Below are positions 18,023 to 26,615 of a stretch of 32,000 nt of DNA, one piece after another; position 1 is the first letter of the stretch, and each line of letters opens with the position of its first letter. Source of the stretch: an uncultured bacterium (GTDB lineage Bacteria > Margulisbacteria > WOR-1 > CAVSGV01). Below the pieces are notes generated by a model. It searched no databases. It worked only from the letters and a program-made list of their open reading frames with translations, and had not been told where the DNA came from. Location: positions 930,001 to 962,000 of the forward strand of contig OY969425.1 in the NCBI GenBank assembly GCA_963699255.1, in the 5' to 3' direction. The position numbers and the translations under genes are program-made.

Positions 18023-18958
18023 ATGGAAAAGAAAATGGTCTTTTTGGTCCTTCTCCTGGCTATGGTCGCATTGGCAGGGTGCGGTTCACAATCCACTTCA
18101 ACTTCTTCAAGTTCCGGAACTTCATTAAATGACGCGATAAACTCTGACCCTGGCCTTTTTGAAGCAGGCAGTTCAGACCCGAGTACCGGTGACAACACTT
18201 CAAGCGTTGGTTCCCCGTTCAGCATCATGATGCCCCCTTATCATAGATGTAATTCCTGGTACAGGGCATTTACTGATATAAGCCCGATAACGATCACTAT
18301 CATAACGCAAGAAGCTTCATCATCCGCGGTGATCGAAGTGACCAGAGAGGCTGACGGGATATTATATGGCAGGATGGCTTCATCAACTGAAGCTGCCACC
18401 TCAGAAGCCTTCACTCAGGACTTCACGCGGTATATCACTCTTGTTGCATCTAACGATGCCTGGCGGATAAAGAAGGTGACTCAGGGTATCGCTCGATCAA
18501 CGGCAAATACTTCCAGCACATCCATGACATCGGACGTCACCATCGATTCCGTATCCATATATGACGTAACCTCCGGCATAACCTTTGAAATTACTTCAGC
18601 TCCATCAGCCGAAGGGCCATGGATCGATTATGAAACCATCGCGACGACAGAACCTGGCCACAATTTAGTTGTAACGGCTGTTGTTGAACCTAATGCTCAC
18701 GGGCAACCTTTGGTGTTCATTTGGCCGAGAATGGATGAAGCCCTAGCCCTATCGCCCTTATTTCACAGGCGTCAATTCCCCTCTCCCACCGGCTCTACTT
18801 ACACAACATCAATTACGGTACCAAGTGCAAGTGTTGTTCACAAAGAAAAAAAGCGGATGATCATAGGCGCTTTTGACACGGGGACTCTGGCTTCGGGCGA
18901 GGCGCTGGGAGCCTACGATTTTACGAGCTGGCATATTCCAGTTAAAGTAGTTAAATAA
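18023..18958 (+). CDS. Hypothetical lipoprotein (Ser/Thr-rich)
   Basis: LLLAMVALAGCGSQ lipobox; aaggagg SD upstream. Confidence 0.7.
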   Translation: MEKKMVFLVLLLAMVALAGCGSQSTSTSSSSGTSLNDAINSDPGLFEAGSSDPSTGDNTSSVGSPFSIMMPPYHRCNSWYRAFTDISPITITIITQEASSSAVIEVTREADGILYGRMASSTEAATSEAFTQDFTRYITLVASNDAWRIKKVTQGIARSTANTSSTSMTSDVTIDSVSIYDVTSGITFEITSAPSAEGPWIDYETIATTEPGHNLVVTAVVEPNAHGQPLVFIWPRMDEALALSPLFHRRQFPSPTGSTYTTSITVPSASVVHKEKKRMIIGAFDTGTLASGEALGAYDFTSWHIPVKVVK

Positions 18959-19020
18959 AAACTCACAGGAACAGGCCTGGATATGATACAATCCTCCCCG
19001 GGTAAAAAGGAGCGTGCGAC

Positions 19021-20070
19021 ATGAAAAACAGGCGGTATGTTCCGGTCATAGCAGCTCTCCTGGTCCTCTGTTCAATGGCTTTCCTTTACGGCTGCGGATC
19101 GGCTTCTACAAGCGGCGGAGGAGGCTCAAGCACCAGTCCCTGGATATATGTCGGCGCATCGATCGACAACGCCGTATCGATAATTGACGGCTCGAACAAT
19201 ACTCTAGCTGGAACGATAGAACTCGCGCCAAGGAAGCCGTATCATATCGCGGCATCCGGGGACGGGAAGCATCTCTATGTTTCCACGGACAGCCTTGAAG
19301 TCGTCGTGATAGACACTGCCACCAATACGATATCCGGCCTTATCACTTCAGACGCCGTTACGCAGTCTTACGGCATGACGGTTTCCGCGAACGGCAAGTT
19401 CCTTTATTTCACCAGATTCAATGACAGCAAGCTCGTGAGAGCCTACCTGAAAAGCTCTCCTGTAACTTGCGAGGTATCGAGCACCACCGCCACCGGGACG
19501 CCTCTGGGGATCGTTCTGGCCGATGATGATGAAAAATGCATCGTTGGCGAATATCAAAACCTTGAATTTTTCAAAAATACCACATTCACTATTGACGGCA
19601 CGCTGAATTATCCGGGCTGCGACCTGTATTCCGTGGCCGTTAAGAACGGATCGGTCTATGTTCCGCGAACAAGCGGAGCTTATGACGTCGTGATCGCTGA
19701 TCCGACCAACGAAGTTCAGCTCGGCCTGATAACGCCCGAAGGCTCGACCTTTTTATTGGGGATAGTTTCCATTCCCGGGAAGAACAAGCTCTATGTAAGC
19801 CAGGATACGACCCCCGGCAAGATAAATATCATTGACACGTCCCCCGTACCGACGTTTGAAGCTACCATGATAACCGGGGAGGCGGTTAGCAGCATGCCGG
19901 TCCCCACATACATGGCGGCTACGGCTGACGGAAGATACGTATATGTTTATGATACGTCAACTCACGATCGGGTCTGTGTCGTTGACACCAGCACGGATAA
20001 GGTCATAAAAACTATACCCGTCAATAAAGGCGCGGGTATTTATAATAATCCAGTAATTATCTATAAATAA
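19021..20070 (+). CDS. Lipoprotein with YncE/YVTN-like beta-propeller repeats
   Basis: SMAFLYGCGSA lipobox; repeated VSIIDGSNNTLAGTIEL, VVVIDTATNTISGLI, VCVVDTSTDKVIKTIPV. Confidence 0.85.
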   Translation: MKNRRYVPVIAALLVLCSMAFLYGCGSASTSGGGGSSTSPWIYVGASIDNAVSIIDGSNNTLAGTIELAPRKPYHIAASGDGKHLYVSTDSLEVVVIDTATNTISGLITSDAVTQSYGMTVSANGKFLYFTRFNDSKLVRAYLKSSPVTCEVSSTTATGTPLGIVLADDDEKCIVGEYQNLEFFKNTTFTIDGTLNYPGCDLYSVAVKNGSVYVPRTSGAYDVVIADPTNEVQLGLITPEGSTFLLGIVSIPGKNKLYVSQDTTPGKINIIDTSPVPTFEATMITGEAVSSMPVPTYMAATADGRYVYVYDTSTHDRVCVVDTSTDKVIKTIPVNKGAGIYNNPVIIYK

Positions 20071-20184
20071 CTTACTCCAATGCCGATCGTTGCCGCGGGA
20101 AGATAATTGCTGATGGGCTCCGCGATCGAATATTGCTTTACGGGACGGAATAATATAATATTACGGCGAAAGGGTGATCATCAC

Positions 20185-21063
20185 ATGAAACGCTTTATAT
20201 TAAAATATATTTCCTGCATCGTTCTTGTCGCCTTTGTTTCCGTCTGCCTTATAAATCCCTCTCCCGTACGCGCGGCGGCCAACACCGGGACGCTGAAGAT
20301 ATTCTCCGAGGTAAAGGGCATTGACCTGTTTATTGACGAGCAGCCGCAGGGCAAGGACAAGGCCGAAATAAACGACGTCCAGGTCGGCAGCCATTACGTA
20401 AAAGCGGTAAAAGACGGCGCGACCATATACAGCGAGCTTATAACCGTTGCCGCCGGAGCGACCACCACGATACTTATCAAGGACACGGGCCAGGTGAAAG
20501 AGAAGGTCCTGGAGAGCAAATACAAGGAGCAGCAGGAATACAAGAGCAAGAAGATCGACATACTCCTGAGCAAAGGCATGCAGACCGTGGGGACGGCCTA
20601 CACAAGCAGCAATTATTTCCCGGGATACTACTCGATATTCGGCTCCGGCTGGACCACTTCTTCTTCGTCGACGGCGTATGAGACCACCGACTGGAAGATA
20701 ATACAGGGAGGCGTGCAGGAGATATCCGATGTCCAGTTCGCGTCGCTGGTGAACGACAGTGACGCGTTGAAAGTGAACAAGGATGCCTGGGATACTTACA
20801 ATAATAATGTCGTCATATTCGGGGTCATAGGTTTGGTCGGAATAGTTGCCACTGTTGCAGGATTGGGCACCGCCGGAGATTCCGGCGCCGCAGTGGCTGC
20901 CGTCGGTATCGCTGCCGCAGTAATAGGCTGCGGCGTATGTTTGGGTGCTAAGGAACCGAGCGGGCATCTGACAAGCCCGGGCGATGCCGCGAAAAAAGCA
21001 TATGAGTACAACCAGGGCCTGAAAAAGCAGCTTGGACTGCCCGAGGATTACGAGCCGCAGTAA
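20185..21063 (+). CDS. Secreted PEGA-like domain protein with C-terminal hydrophobic segments
   Basis: MKRFILKYISCIVLVAFVSVCLINPSPVRAAANTGTLKIFSEVKGIDLFIDEQPQGKDKAEINDVQVGSHYVKAVKDG. Start moved from 20107 to 20185 by signal peptide. Confidence 0.7.
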   Translation: MKRFILKYISCIVLVAFVSVCLINPSPVRAAANTGTLKIFSEVKGIDLFIDEQPQGKDKAEINDVQVGSHYVKAVKDGATIYSELITVAAGATTTILIKDTGQVKEKVLESKYKEQQEYKSKKIDILLSKGMQTVGTAYTSSNYFPGYYSIFGSGWTTSSSSTAYETTDWKIIQGGVQEISDVQFASLVNDSDALKVNKDAWDTYNNNVVIFGVIGLVGIVATVAGLGTAGDSGAAVAAVGIAAAVIGCGVCLGAKEPSGHLTSPGDAAKKAYEYNQGLKKQLGLPEDYEPQ

Positions 21064-21066
21064 AGT

Positions 21067-21136
21067 AGAGATCAGAGACTGGAGACCAGAGATCGGAATA
21101 AGATCCAGGATTTCTGATTTCTAATCTCTGATCTCT
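21067..21136. repeat. Perfect 12 bp inverted repeat in intergenic purine/pyrimidine-rich spacer
   Basis: AGAGATCAGAGA (21067-21078) and TCTCTGATCTCT (21125-21136). Confidence 0.75.
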
Positions 21137-21154
21137 AATCTCTAAGGATTTCTC

Positions 21155-21967
21155 ATGAACAAAAGCCCTGAACATAAATGGAACGCCGCCGACTACGCCG
21201 GTAATTCTTCGGCGCAGGCCAGGTGGGGGCGCGATCTTATCGCCAAACTCGAACTGCGGGGGGGCGAATCCGTCCTGGACATCGGCTGCGGCGACGGAAA
21301 GCTTACCGCCGCGCTTGCAAAGCAGCTTCCCAAAGGTTTCGTTCTGGGTGTGGATAATTCTATAGAGATGATCCGGTTTGCCAGGAAAAATTTCCCCTCT
21401 GATGGATTCCCCAACCTTTCTTTCAAGGTATGCGACGCGCGCAAGTTGAACTTTTCAAAAAAGTTCGACCTTGTGGTTTCTTTTTCCACTCTTCATTGGG
21501 TGAAAGACCACATGCCGGTACTCAAGAGAATTCTGCTCAGCCTTAAACCGGGAGGCAAGGCGCTCCTGCAGTTCGGAGGAAAAGGCAATGCCGCAGATAT
21601 TTTAGCCGTTACCGATGATGTCATTGCTGGCGGCAAATGGAAAAAACATTTCCGCCGTTTTATCTTTCCCTGGCATTTTTATGAGCCGAAAGAATACGGC
21701 GTTTGGGTAAAGGAGGCCGGTTTAAAGCCGAAGCGGATCGAGCTTGTTGAAAAAGACATGGTCCAGGAGGGCAAGGAAGGCCTTATCGGCTGGTGCAGGA
21801 CGACGTGGCTGCCTTATGTCAGCCGCGTTCCGGCAGGTTTGCAGGATGAATTCCTGGCCGAGGTCGTTGATCGATATCTGGAGCGTTATCCGCTGGATGA
21901 AAACGGCCGCGCCCATGTTAAAATGCAGAGGCTGGAAGTGGAAGCATATAAAAAAAGTAAGAAGTGA
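21155..21967 (+). CDS. Class I SAM-dependent methyltransferase (trans-aconitate/malonyl-ACP methyltransferase-like)
   Basis: SVLDIGCGDGKLTAALAKQLPKGFVLGVDNSIEMIRFA...FDLVVSFSTLHWVKDH...LKPGGKALLQFGG. Confidence 0.9.
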   Translation: MNKSPEHKWNAADYAGNSSAQARWGRDLIAKLELRGGESVLDIGCGDGKLTAALAKQLPKGFVLGVDNSIEMIRFARKNFPSDGFPNLSFKVCDARKLNFSKKFDLVVSFSTLHWVKDHMPVLKRILLSLKPGGKALLQFGGKGNAADILAVTDDVIAGGKWKKHFRRFIFPWHFYEPKEYGVWVKEAGLKPKRIELVEKDMVQEGKEGLIGWCRTTWLPYVSRVPAGLQDEFLAEVVDRYLERYPLDENGRAHVKMQRLEVEAYKKSKK

Positions 21968-21995
21968 GAAGTTGAAAGGAAGAAGGAAATCGGTA

Positions 21996-22112
21996 CTTCT
22001 AACTTCTTCCTTCTCCCTTACCCCCTGTTCGCATCTCCCATCTCTCATCTCTTCTGTTGTCCCGATGTCCCGATCCGAAAGGCACCGTCTGGGAAATGAG
22101 AAAGATAGACTG
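21996..22112. repeat. Direct repeat copy A flanking the ORF6N gene
   Basis: ttctaacttcttccttctcccttacc...cccatctctcatctcttct...tcccgatccgaaaggcaccgtctgggaaatgagaaagatagactga. Confidence 0.8.
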
Positions 22113-22116
22113 AGCT

Positions 22117-22641
22117 CTACTCTCTCCCTTTTAGAAACCCGATATTCTTGGCCGTACGGTCCGGCATCTCAATAAGCTCATTTATAGCATCAAACACAGC
22201 CTTGAACTGGCCGTCATATTTTCTCTCAAGCTCTTCGATCTTCCTCCTCAAACCCTCATGACTTGAAAGTAATACTCTCAATTTAGTGAATGTCCGCATG
22301 ATCTGGATGTTCACCTGGATAGCTCTTTTGCTTCTCAGGACAGAGGAAAGCATTGCTATCCCCTGTTCGGTAAATGCGAAAGGTTCGGAACCTCCGAAAT
22401 AAGACTTTGATGGTATGCCAAAATGGCAGACCATCTGATCGATCTCTTTTTGGGTCAGAACAAACATGAAATCGTCGGGAAATCTGTCAATATTCCTTTT
22501 CACCTGTCTCTTAAGTTGAAAATTTTCAACCCCATAAAGCGCTGCCAGGTCCTTATCAAGCATTACTTTTTTGCCTCTGAACAGATAAATATTTTTCTCG
22601 ATAACCTCATGCGGAACCAGCTCACTTGCCACATTGATCAC
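22117..22641 (-). CDS. ORF6N domain-containing DNA-binding protein
   Basis: IYLFRGKKVMLDKDLAALYGVENFQLKRQVKRNIDRFPDDFMFVLTQKE...YFGGSEPFAFTEQGIAMLSSVLRS. Confidence 0.93.
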   Translation of the reverse strand: MINVASELVPHEVIEKNIYLFRGKKVMLDKDLAALYGVENFQLKRQVKRNIDRFPDDFMFVLTQKEIDQMVCHFGIPSKSYFGGSEPFAFTEQGIAMLSSVLRSKRAIQVNIQIMRTFTKLRVLLSSHEGLRRKIEELERKYDGQFKAVFDAINELIEMPDRTAKNIGFLKGRE

Positions 22642-22760
22642 CCCGTGGATAGTAGCAGCAATTTTAATTCCGCATATTTTATTCGTATGTAGAGCAAAAT
22701 CGTGTAGTTATTTTTGACAAGAGTAGTAATTCCCGACAGCAGTTCAAATTATACTTATAA

Positions 22761-22870
22761 CTTCTAACTTCTTCCTTTTTCCTTGTCCCTTGCTCCCATC
22801 TCACATCTCTCACCTCTTCTCCTATCCCGATCCGAAAGGCACCGTATGGGAAATGAGAAAGATCGATTGA
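22761..22870. repeat. Direct repeat copy B flanking the ORF6N gene
   Basis: ttctaacttcttcctttttccttgtcc...cccatctcacatctctcacctcttct...tcccgatccgaaaggcaccgtatgggaaatgagaaagatcgattga. Confidence 0.8.
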
Positions 22871-22977
22871 TTTTCTTACAGGCAGATATCGTTGCCGGGG
22901 AATGTGGATGAGAAGAAAGTGAAGATTGAGAGGAAAGGAAGTAAAATTATCATCAGATACAATAAAGCTGATTTGTT

Positions 22978-23523
22978 CTAAATATCCACCAAAATGATTT
23001 TAACTGGGACTGACGGGAAATGTCTTTCTAATCTTTCAATATCAAAAACCAGCTGTTCACCATATGACACGCCAGTCGACATATACTTTTGAAGGTTGTG
23101 ACACGGAACGATTTCCACTCCCACATTCGCTCTGTTTGCATTGAAAAAATATTGGAATTTTGCGAGGTCATAAAACATAAAGGGATATTTTCCAAACTGG
23201 ACTTCAATTAGAACTTTATCTTTAACAAAATCCACCTGCTTAAATGCTCCGGGGATCTTGATTTTTGAATTTGGAATCGTAAGAACATATTGATCCTTTA
23301 ATTCCCTAAAGCCTCTTTTATGGAATGCATCTTTAAACTTTTGATTTAGGTCTTTTGGGGAATAGAGTTTTACACCCATCATAGTTTTTTCTTTGCTTAC
23401 TTTCGTTTTTGTAACTTTTGTTATACTTTTAATAACATCATTGATTTCTTTGTTAATAGCAGGAAAAGTAACTTGGAGTATTTCGCTTCCGCCTAAATGA
23501 GAATATTCGTATACTTTTTTCAT
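22978..23523 (-). CDS. BglII/BstYI-family Type II restriction endonuclease
   Basis: Starts MKKVYEYSHLGGSEIL; QVDFVKDKVLIEVQFGKYPFMFYDLAKFQYF gives D...ExQ active-site spacing as in the BglII family; overlaps the adjacent methylase stop. Confidence 0.85.
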   Translation of the reverse strand: MKKVYEYSHLGGSEILQVTFPAINKEINDVIKSITKVTKTKVSKEKTMMGVKLYSPKDLNQKFKDAFHKRGFRELKDQYVLTIPNSKIKIPGAFKQVDFVKDKVLIEVQFGKYPFMFYDLAKFQYFFNANRANVGVEIVPCHNLQKYMSTGVSYGEQLVFDIERLERHFPSVPVKIILVDI

Positions 23524-24455
23524 ACTGCCGCCAACTCTCTGTCTTTGTATCCTAACGGATATGCAAATTGAATGGTTTCAGCTGGAACTTTATATATCGG
23601 CTTATTCATCGGGCGTGTTTTGATCGTTCCCTCAAAAGTTTCTTTAATTCGCTTTTTTGATATCTGAATATACTCGGGCATTATTTCTGCACCTATCGCT
23701 CTTCGGTGATGCAGAAGCGCTGCCACGGCAGTCGTTCCGGTTCCGATGAAAGGATCAAGGACGAGATCATCTTTTCGTGTCATAGCCAGGATCAATCTTT
23801 CAATGAGTTCAACGGGAAACTGACATGGATGTTGCGTCTTCTCAACATGATTGTTCTTTACGTTTGGAATGTTCCACAGATCACCCGGATTTTTCCCAAG
23901 AGGATTACAAGAGAGCTGCCCCTTTTTGGGCCCTTTAAAATACTTCTTTTGAGGATATTTCTGAGGGATCCTTATTGGATCAAGATTAAATACATAATCA
24001 TCGCTTTTCGTGAACCATAAGACCGATTCGTATCGGCCTGAAAGTCTTTTAGAGCAATGCAGGCCATGCTCAAAATGCCAGATTATTCTGTTGCGCAACT
24101 TTAACCCGAGTGATTTAAATATGGGGTATAAAACTGTATCAAGCGGGACTACTTCGCATCTATCAACATAATTTCCAACCTCCCAGCAAATACTCCCGTT
24201 TGGCAACAGTGTTCGCACACATTCCCTGATAACTGATTCCTGGAACGAGAGATATCGATCCAATGAGGTTTTCTTCTCATATTTCTTCCCTATATTATAG
24301 GGTGGGGAGGTAACGATAAGCTGAATTTTTTTGTCCGGTATTTGTTTAAGCAGATCAAGGCAGTCACCTGGGTAAAGGACGACCTTTGCATTTTCAGAGT
24401 AATTTTCGCATATTATTTTTGTCATATCTGAACCTAAATTGTCCATATTATACAC
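23520..24455 (-). CDS. Type II DNA methyltransferase, TSPPY class (probably N4-cytosine), cognate to the BglII/BstYI-like enzyme
   Basis: KIQLIVTSPPYNIGKKYE (catalytic motif IV) and LVLDPFIGTGTTAVAALLHHRRAIGAEIMPEY (SAM motif I). Confidence 0.92.
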   Translation of the reverse strand: MYNMDNLGSDMTKIICENYSENAKVVLYPGDCLDLLKQIPDKKIQLIVTSPPYNIGKKYEKKTSLDRYLSFQESVIRECVRTLLPNGSICWEVGNYVDRCEVVPLDTVLYPIFKSLGLKLRNRIIWHFEHGLHCSKRLSGRYESVLWFTKSDDYVFNLDPIRIPQKYPQKKYFKGPKKGQLSCNPLGKNPGDLWNIPNVKNNHVEKTQHPCQFPVELIERLILAMTRKDDLVLDPFIGTGTTAVAALLHHRRAIGAEIMPEYIQISKKRIKETFEGTIKTRPMNKPIYKVPAETIQFAYPLGYKDRELAAV

Positions 24456-24495
24456 CTCCAGAAACAGTATTCAATTTTAATGGTTGCTTTTAATG

Positions 24496-24530
24496 GTATA
24501 CAAGTGTATACTTAAAACAAAATTTGTCAA
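24496..24530 (-). promoter_or_regulatory. Candidate promoter/operator upstream of methyltransferase
   Basis: TTGACA on minus (24530-24525) and paired palindromes GTATAC-aagt-GTATAC (24496-24511). Confidence 0.45.
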
Positions 24531-24634
24531 GCTGTTGTTTTTGCTAAGGAGACAATTATATTATTAATGGGACAGTAATAGATGTTTTTAAAGACTATAA
24601 GAATATTGTCCAAAAATAACAAGGGGGTGAGAAT

Positions 24635-24838
24635 ATGGCAAAGTATAATCGAAATTCAGGGAAACAGTGGAAAAGCGCTGAAGTGTCGCAATTAATATCC
24701 CTGGCAAAGCAAAATACTCCGACCAGGGTAATTGGGCTAAAATTGGGGAGGACGGAAGCTTCCATATATACGAAAGCATCACAAGAAAATATAAGCCTGC
24801 ATCCGACCAATCAATCACCATATAATAGGAGTAAATAA
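24635..24838 (+). CDS. Small SANT/Myb-like HTH hypothetical protein
   Basis: KQWKSAEVSQLISLAKQNTPTRVIGLKLGRTEASIYTKASQENISL; good ggggtgag SD upstream. Confidence 0.55.
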   Translation: MAKYNRNSGKQWKSAEVSQLISLAKQNTPTRVIGLKLGRTEASIYTKASQENISLHPTNQSPYNRSK

Positions 24839-24852
24839 AGGAGGAAAATATT

Positions 24853-25149
24853 ATGAAAGTAAGAAACATTAATGGCACAAGTGATAAGACCTGTAAATGT
24901 GGTAGCTGGATTGATCATTGGAAGAAGTTTAGCGGTCAGTCAATTCCCGAATATTGCCCGGCAGAAGGTTGCTTGAATAAGTCCTTGGTGGGTGCTCATG
25001 TTCAGAAGGATAGTAATTCTGATAATAACTGGTATATATTCCCACTTTGTAGCACATGTAATAATAAGAAGGGTGAATCTCTGGTTGTTAGCGACACTTA
25101 TAAGCTGGTTTCGGCTAACGTCAGTGAGACTTGTGGAAAGCAATATTAA
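24853..25149 (+). CDS. Small Cys-rich HNH-like protein
   Basis: CKCGSWIDHWKKFSG...YCPAEGCLNKSLVGAHVQK...WYIFPLCSTCNNKKGE: Cys pairs with GAHV...PLC..CN arrangement resembling HNH fingers. Confidence 0.5.
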   Translation: MKVRNINGTSDKTCKCGSWIDHWKKFSGQSIPEYCPAEGCLNKSLVGAHVQKDSNSDNNWYIFPLCSTCNNKKGESLVVSDTYKLVSANVSETCGKQY

Positions 25150-25434
25150 AAAGGGTTCTCCAATTAGTTGTCTAAATTATTGAAGTAGCGTAAAGAATGC
25201 GATGACTCAGAAGAAAATGTCGTGTAGTCAGTTTTCACTTTCGGTTGAGAACGGCCAGGCGGGGGTTACGGCATTTGCCGGGATGAAATTGGATTTTGAT
25301 TTCTGAAGGGTTGTCCAGCCCTCATTTGTTGAGCTACTTTAAGTCAGAGTTAAGCATGGTTTGTCTCCCAACATTTCAATTTAATATGCCAAAATTACTT
25401 TATGGTTTCGAAATAGGTGATAAAATACATAAAT

Positions 25435-26009
25435 ATGCTAACTAGTTCAGATATTAAAAAGGCGATCAATAATTATGGGGCGGAATTCTTCTAAATTCAG
25501 AAGTAAGAAAGATATCCAATTTTAAGGAGATCAGTATCCATTGGGATCAAGAAGGAGTATCTTCTAAGTCACTTGAAATATTTGACAAAAATTGCTACGA
25601 GGCAATATCCAAATTTACGAAGTATTTAGAGGCTATGATGATAAACGAAGGTATTAAATATTCGGGTGTTTACTTGTGGGAGGATACATCTGATCATTTT
25701 ACAAAAAACCCTTTTATCTCAGAAAAGTCAGATATTATCTATATCGGTAAAGCAGATAAAAATGTTTCTGCAAGACAAAGAAAAGCATTCGAATACCCAG
25801 TTGATTTTGTAAAAGCACGTATTGCGGCTTGGTTGGCAATTCAAAATAGACTTACCATATGGTTTAAGAAACTTGATGAAGCTATTGTAAAAAAAGAGGA
25901 AATAGAACTATTAACTGGGCACTTTGCGGCATTTGGATGCTATCCTTTACTGAATATGAGAGTAGAAGCACAATTCAAGGTAAAGGATTGTTTTAATTTA
26001 GACAGATAA
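25435..26009 (+). pseudogene. GIY-YIG-like nuclease-domain protein split by a -1 frameshift near 25491
   Basis: First frame: MLTSSDIKKAINNYGAEFF* (stop 25492-25494). Second frame continues NSEVRKISNFKEISIHWDQEG...YSGVYLWED...SDIIYIGKADKNVSARQRKAF...EEIELLTGHFAAFGCYPLLNMR. The track shows only 25635-26009. Confidence 0.5.
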
Positions 26010-26042
26010 TCCCTGATGCGCCCGCAATAGAAGGGGGAAGAT

Positions 26043-26318
26043 ATGTTTGAACTTCTTAAAAGAATCAAAGCTGGTATTATAGGTTTTGCCCAAGGCTTTA
26101 CTGGAGGTGAAAATTATCTTGATGCTGTTTCACAGATACCAGCTTGGAGAAAAGAGTATAAAGACCTAGTTGCAGGGTCAGATATCTTGAAGAAACATAA
26201 CGATGTTCTAGAACGATTAACAAGAAATGAAAATCCAGAAATAGCTAAACTAGAAGCGGAAATCGCTGTAAAGCAGGCTAAATTGGAAAACCTTAAAGAG
26301 GAAATAGAAGGAAAATAA
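26043..26318 (+). CDS. Small coiled-coil hypothetical protein
   Basis: ORF with heptad-like C-terminus AKLEAEIAVKQAKLENLKEEIEGK. Confidence 0.55.
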   Translation: MFELLKRIKAGIIGFAQGFTGGENYLDAVSQIPAWRKEYKDLVAGSDILKKHNDVLERLTRNENPEIAKLEAEIAVKQAKLENLKEEIEGK

Positions 26319-26419
26319 GCATTTTTATCTTCTTCCATCTAACATTTATCTAACACTTCGTTTCATTTTTTGCTGATTTTGACCGACTTACTCCGACTTT
26401 TCAATTTCAATAAGGGGGC

Positions 26420-26614
26420 TCATTTTTTCCGTCTATCCGCTATCAGCACCCCGCCGACTCCGACATTCTCCGCCGGGTTTTCGGTGATAGTCACGACATA
26501 AGCCTGCCGCGGGAATTTATAAGCTTTCTCCATGGCATCCGTAACTTCCTTCACAAGCTCGCGCTTTGTTTCAATACTTTCTATCTTCGGCCCGTCTATA
26601 TATGCGTTCGGCAT
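26420..26614 (-). CDS. Tautomerase (4-oxalocrotonate tautomerase-like) family protein
   Basis: MP-start (Pro1) and 64 aa: MPNAYIDGPKIESIETKRELVKEVTDAMEKAYKFPRQAYVVTITENPAENVGVGGVLI. Confidence 0.85.
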   Translation of the reverse strand: MPNAYIDGPKIESIETKRELVKEVTDAMEKAYKFPRQAYVVTITENPAENVGVGGVLIADRRKK

Positions 26615-26615
26615 T

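Noticed and set aside
20200-20967. 255 aa minus ORF opposite the PEGA-like protein
   Set aside because: Shadow ORF. The + strand product has a signal peptide and a recognisable PEGA-like region.
21722-22175. ORFs of 108 and 143 aa around the 3' end of the methyltransferase and repeat A
   Set aside because: They translate the intergenic repeat (SERHRLGNEKDRL) and out-of-frame methyltransferase sequence.
25150-25434. Non-coding stretch between the HNH-like and GIY-YIG-like genes, considered as an ncRNA or IS remnant
   Set aside because: No terminal inverted repeats, transposase fragment or convincing fold found by eye. Left unannotated.
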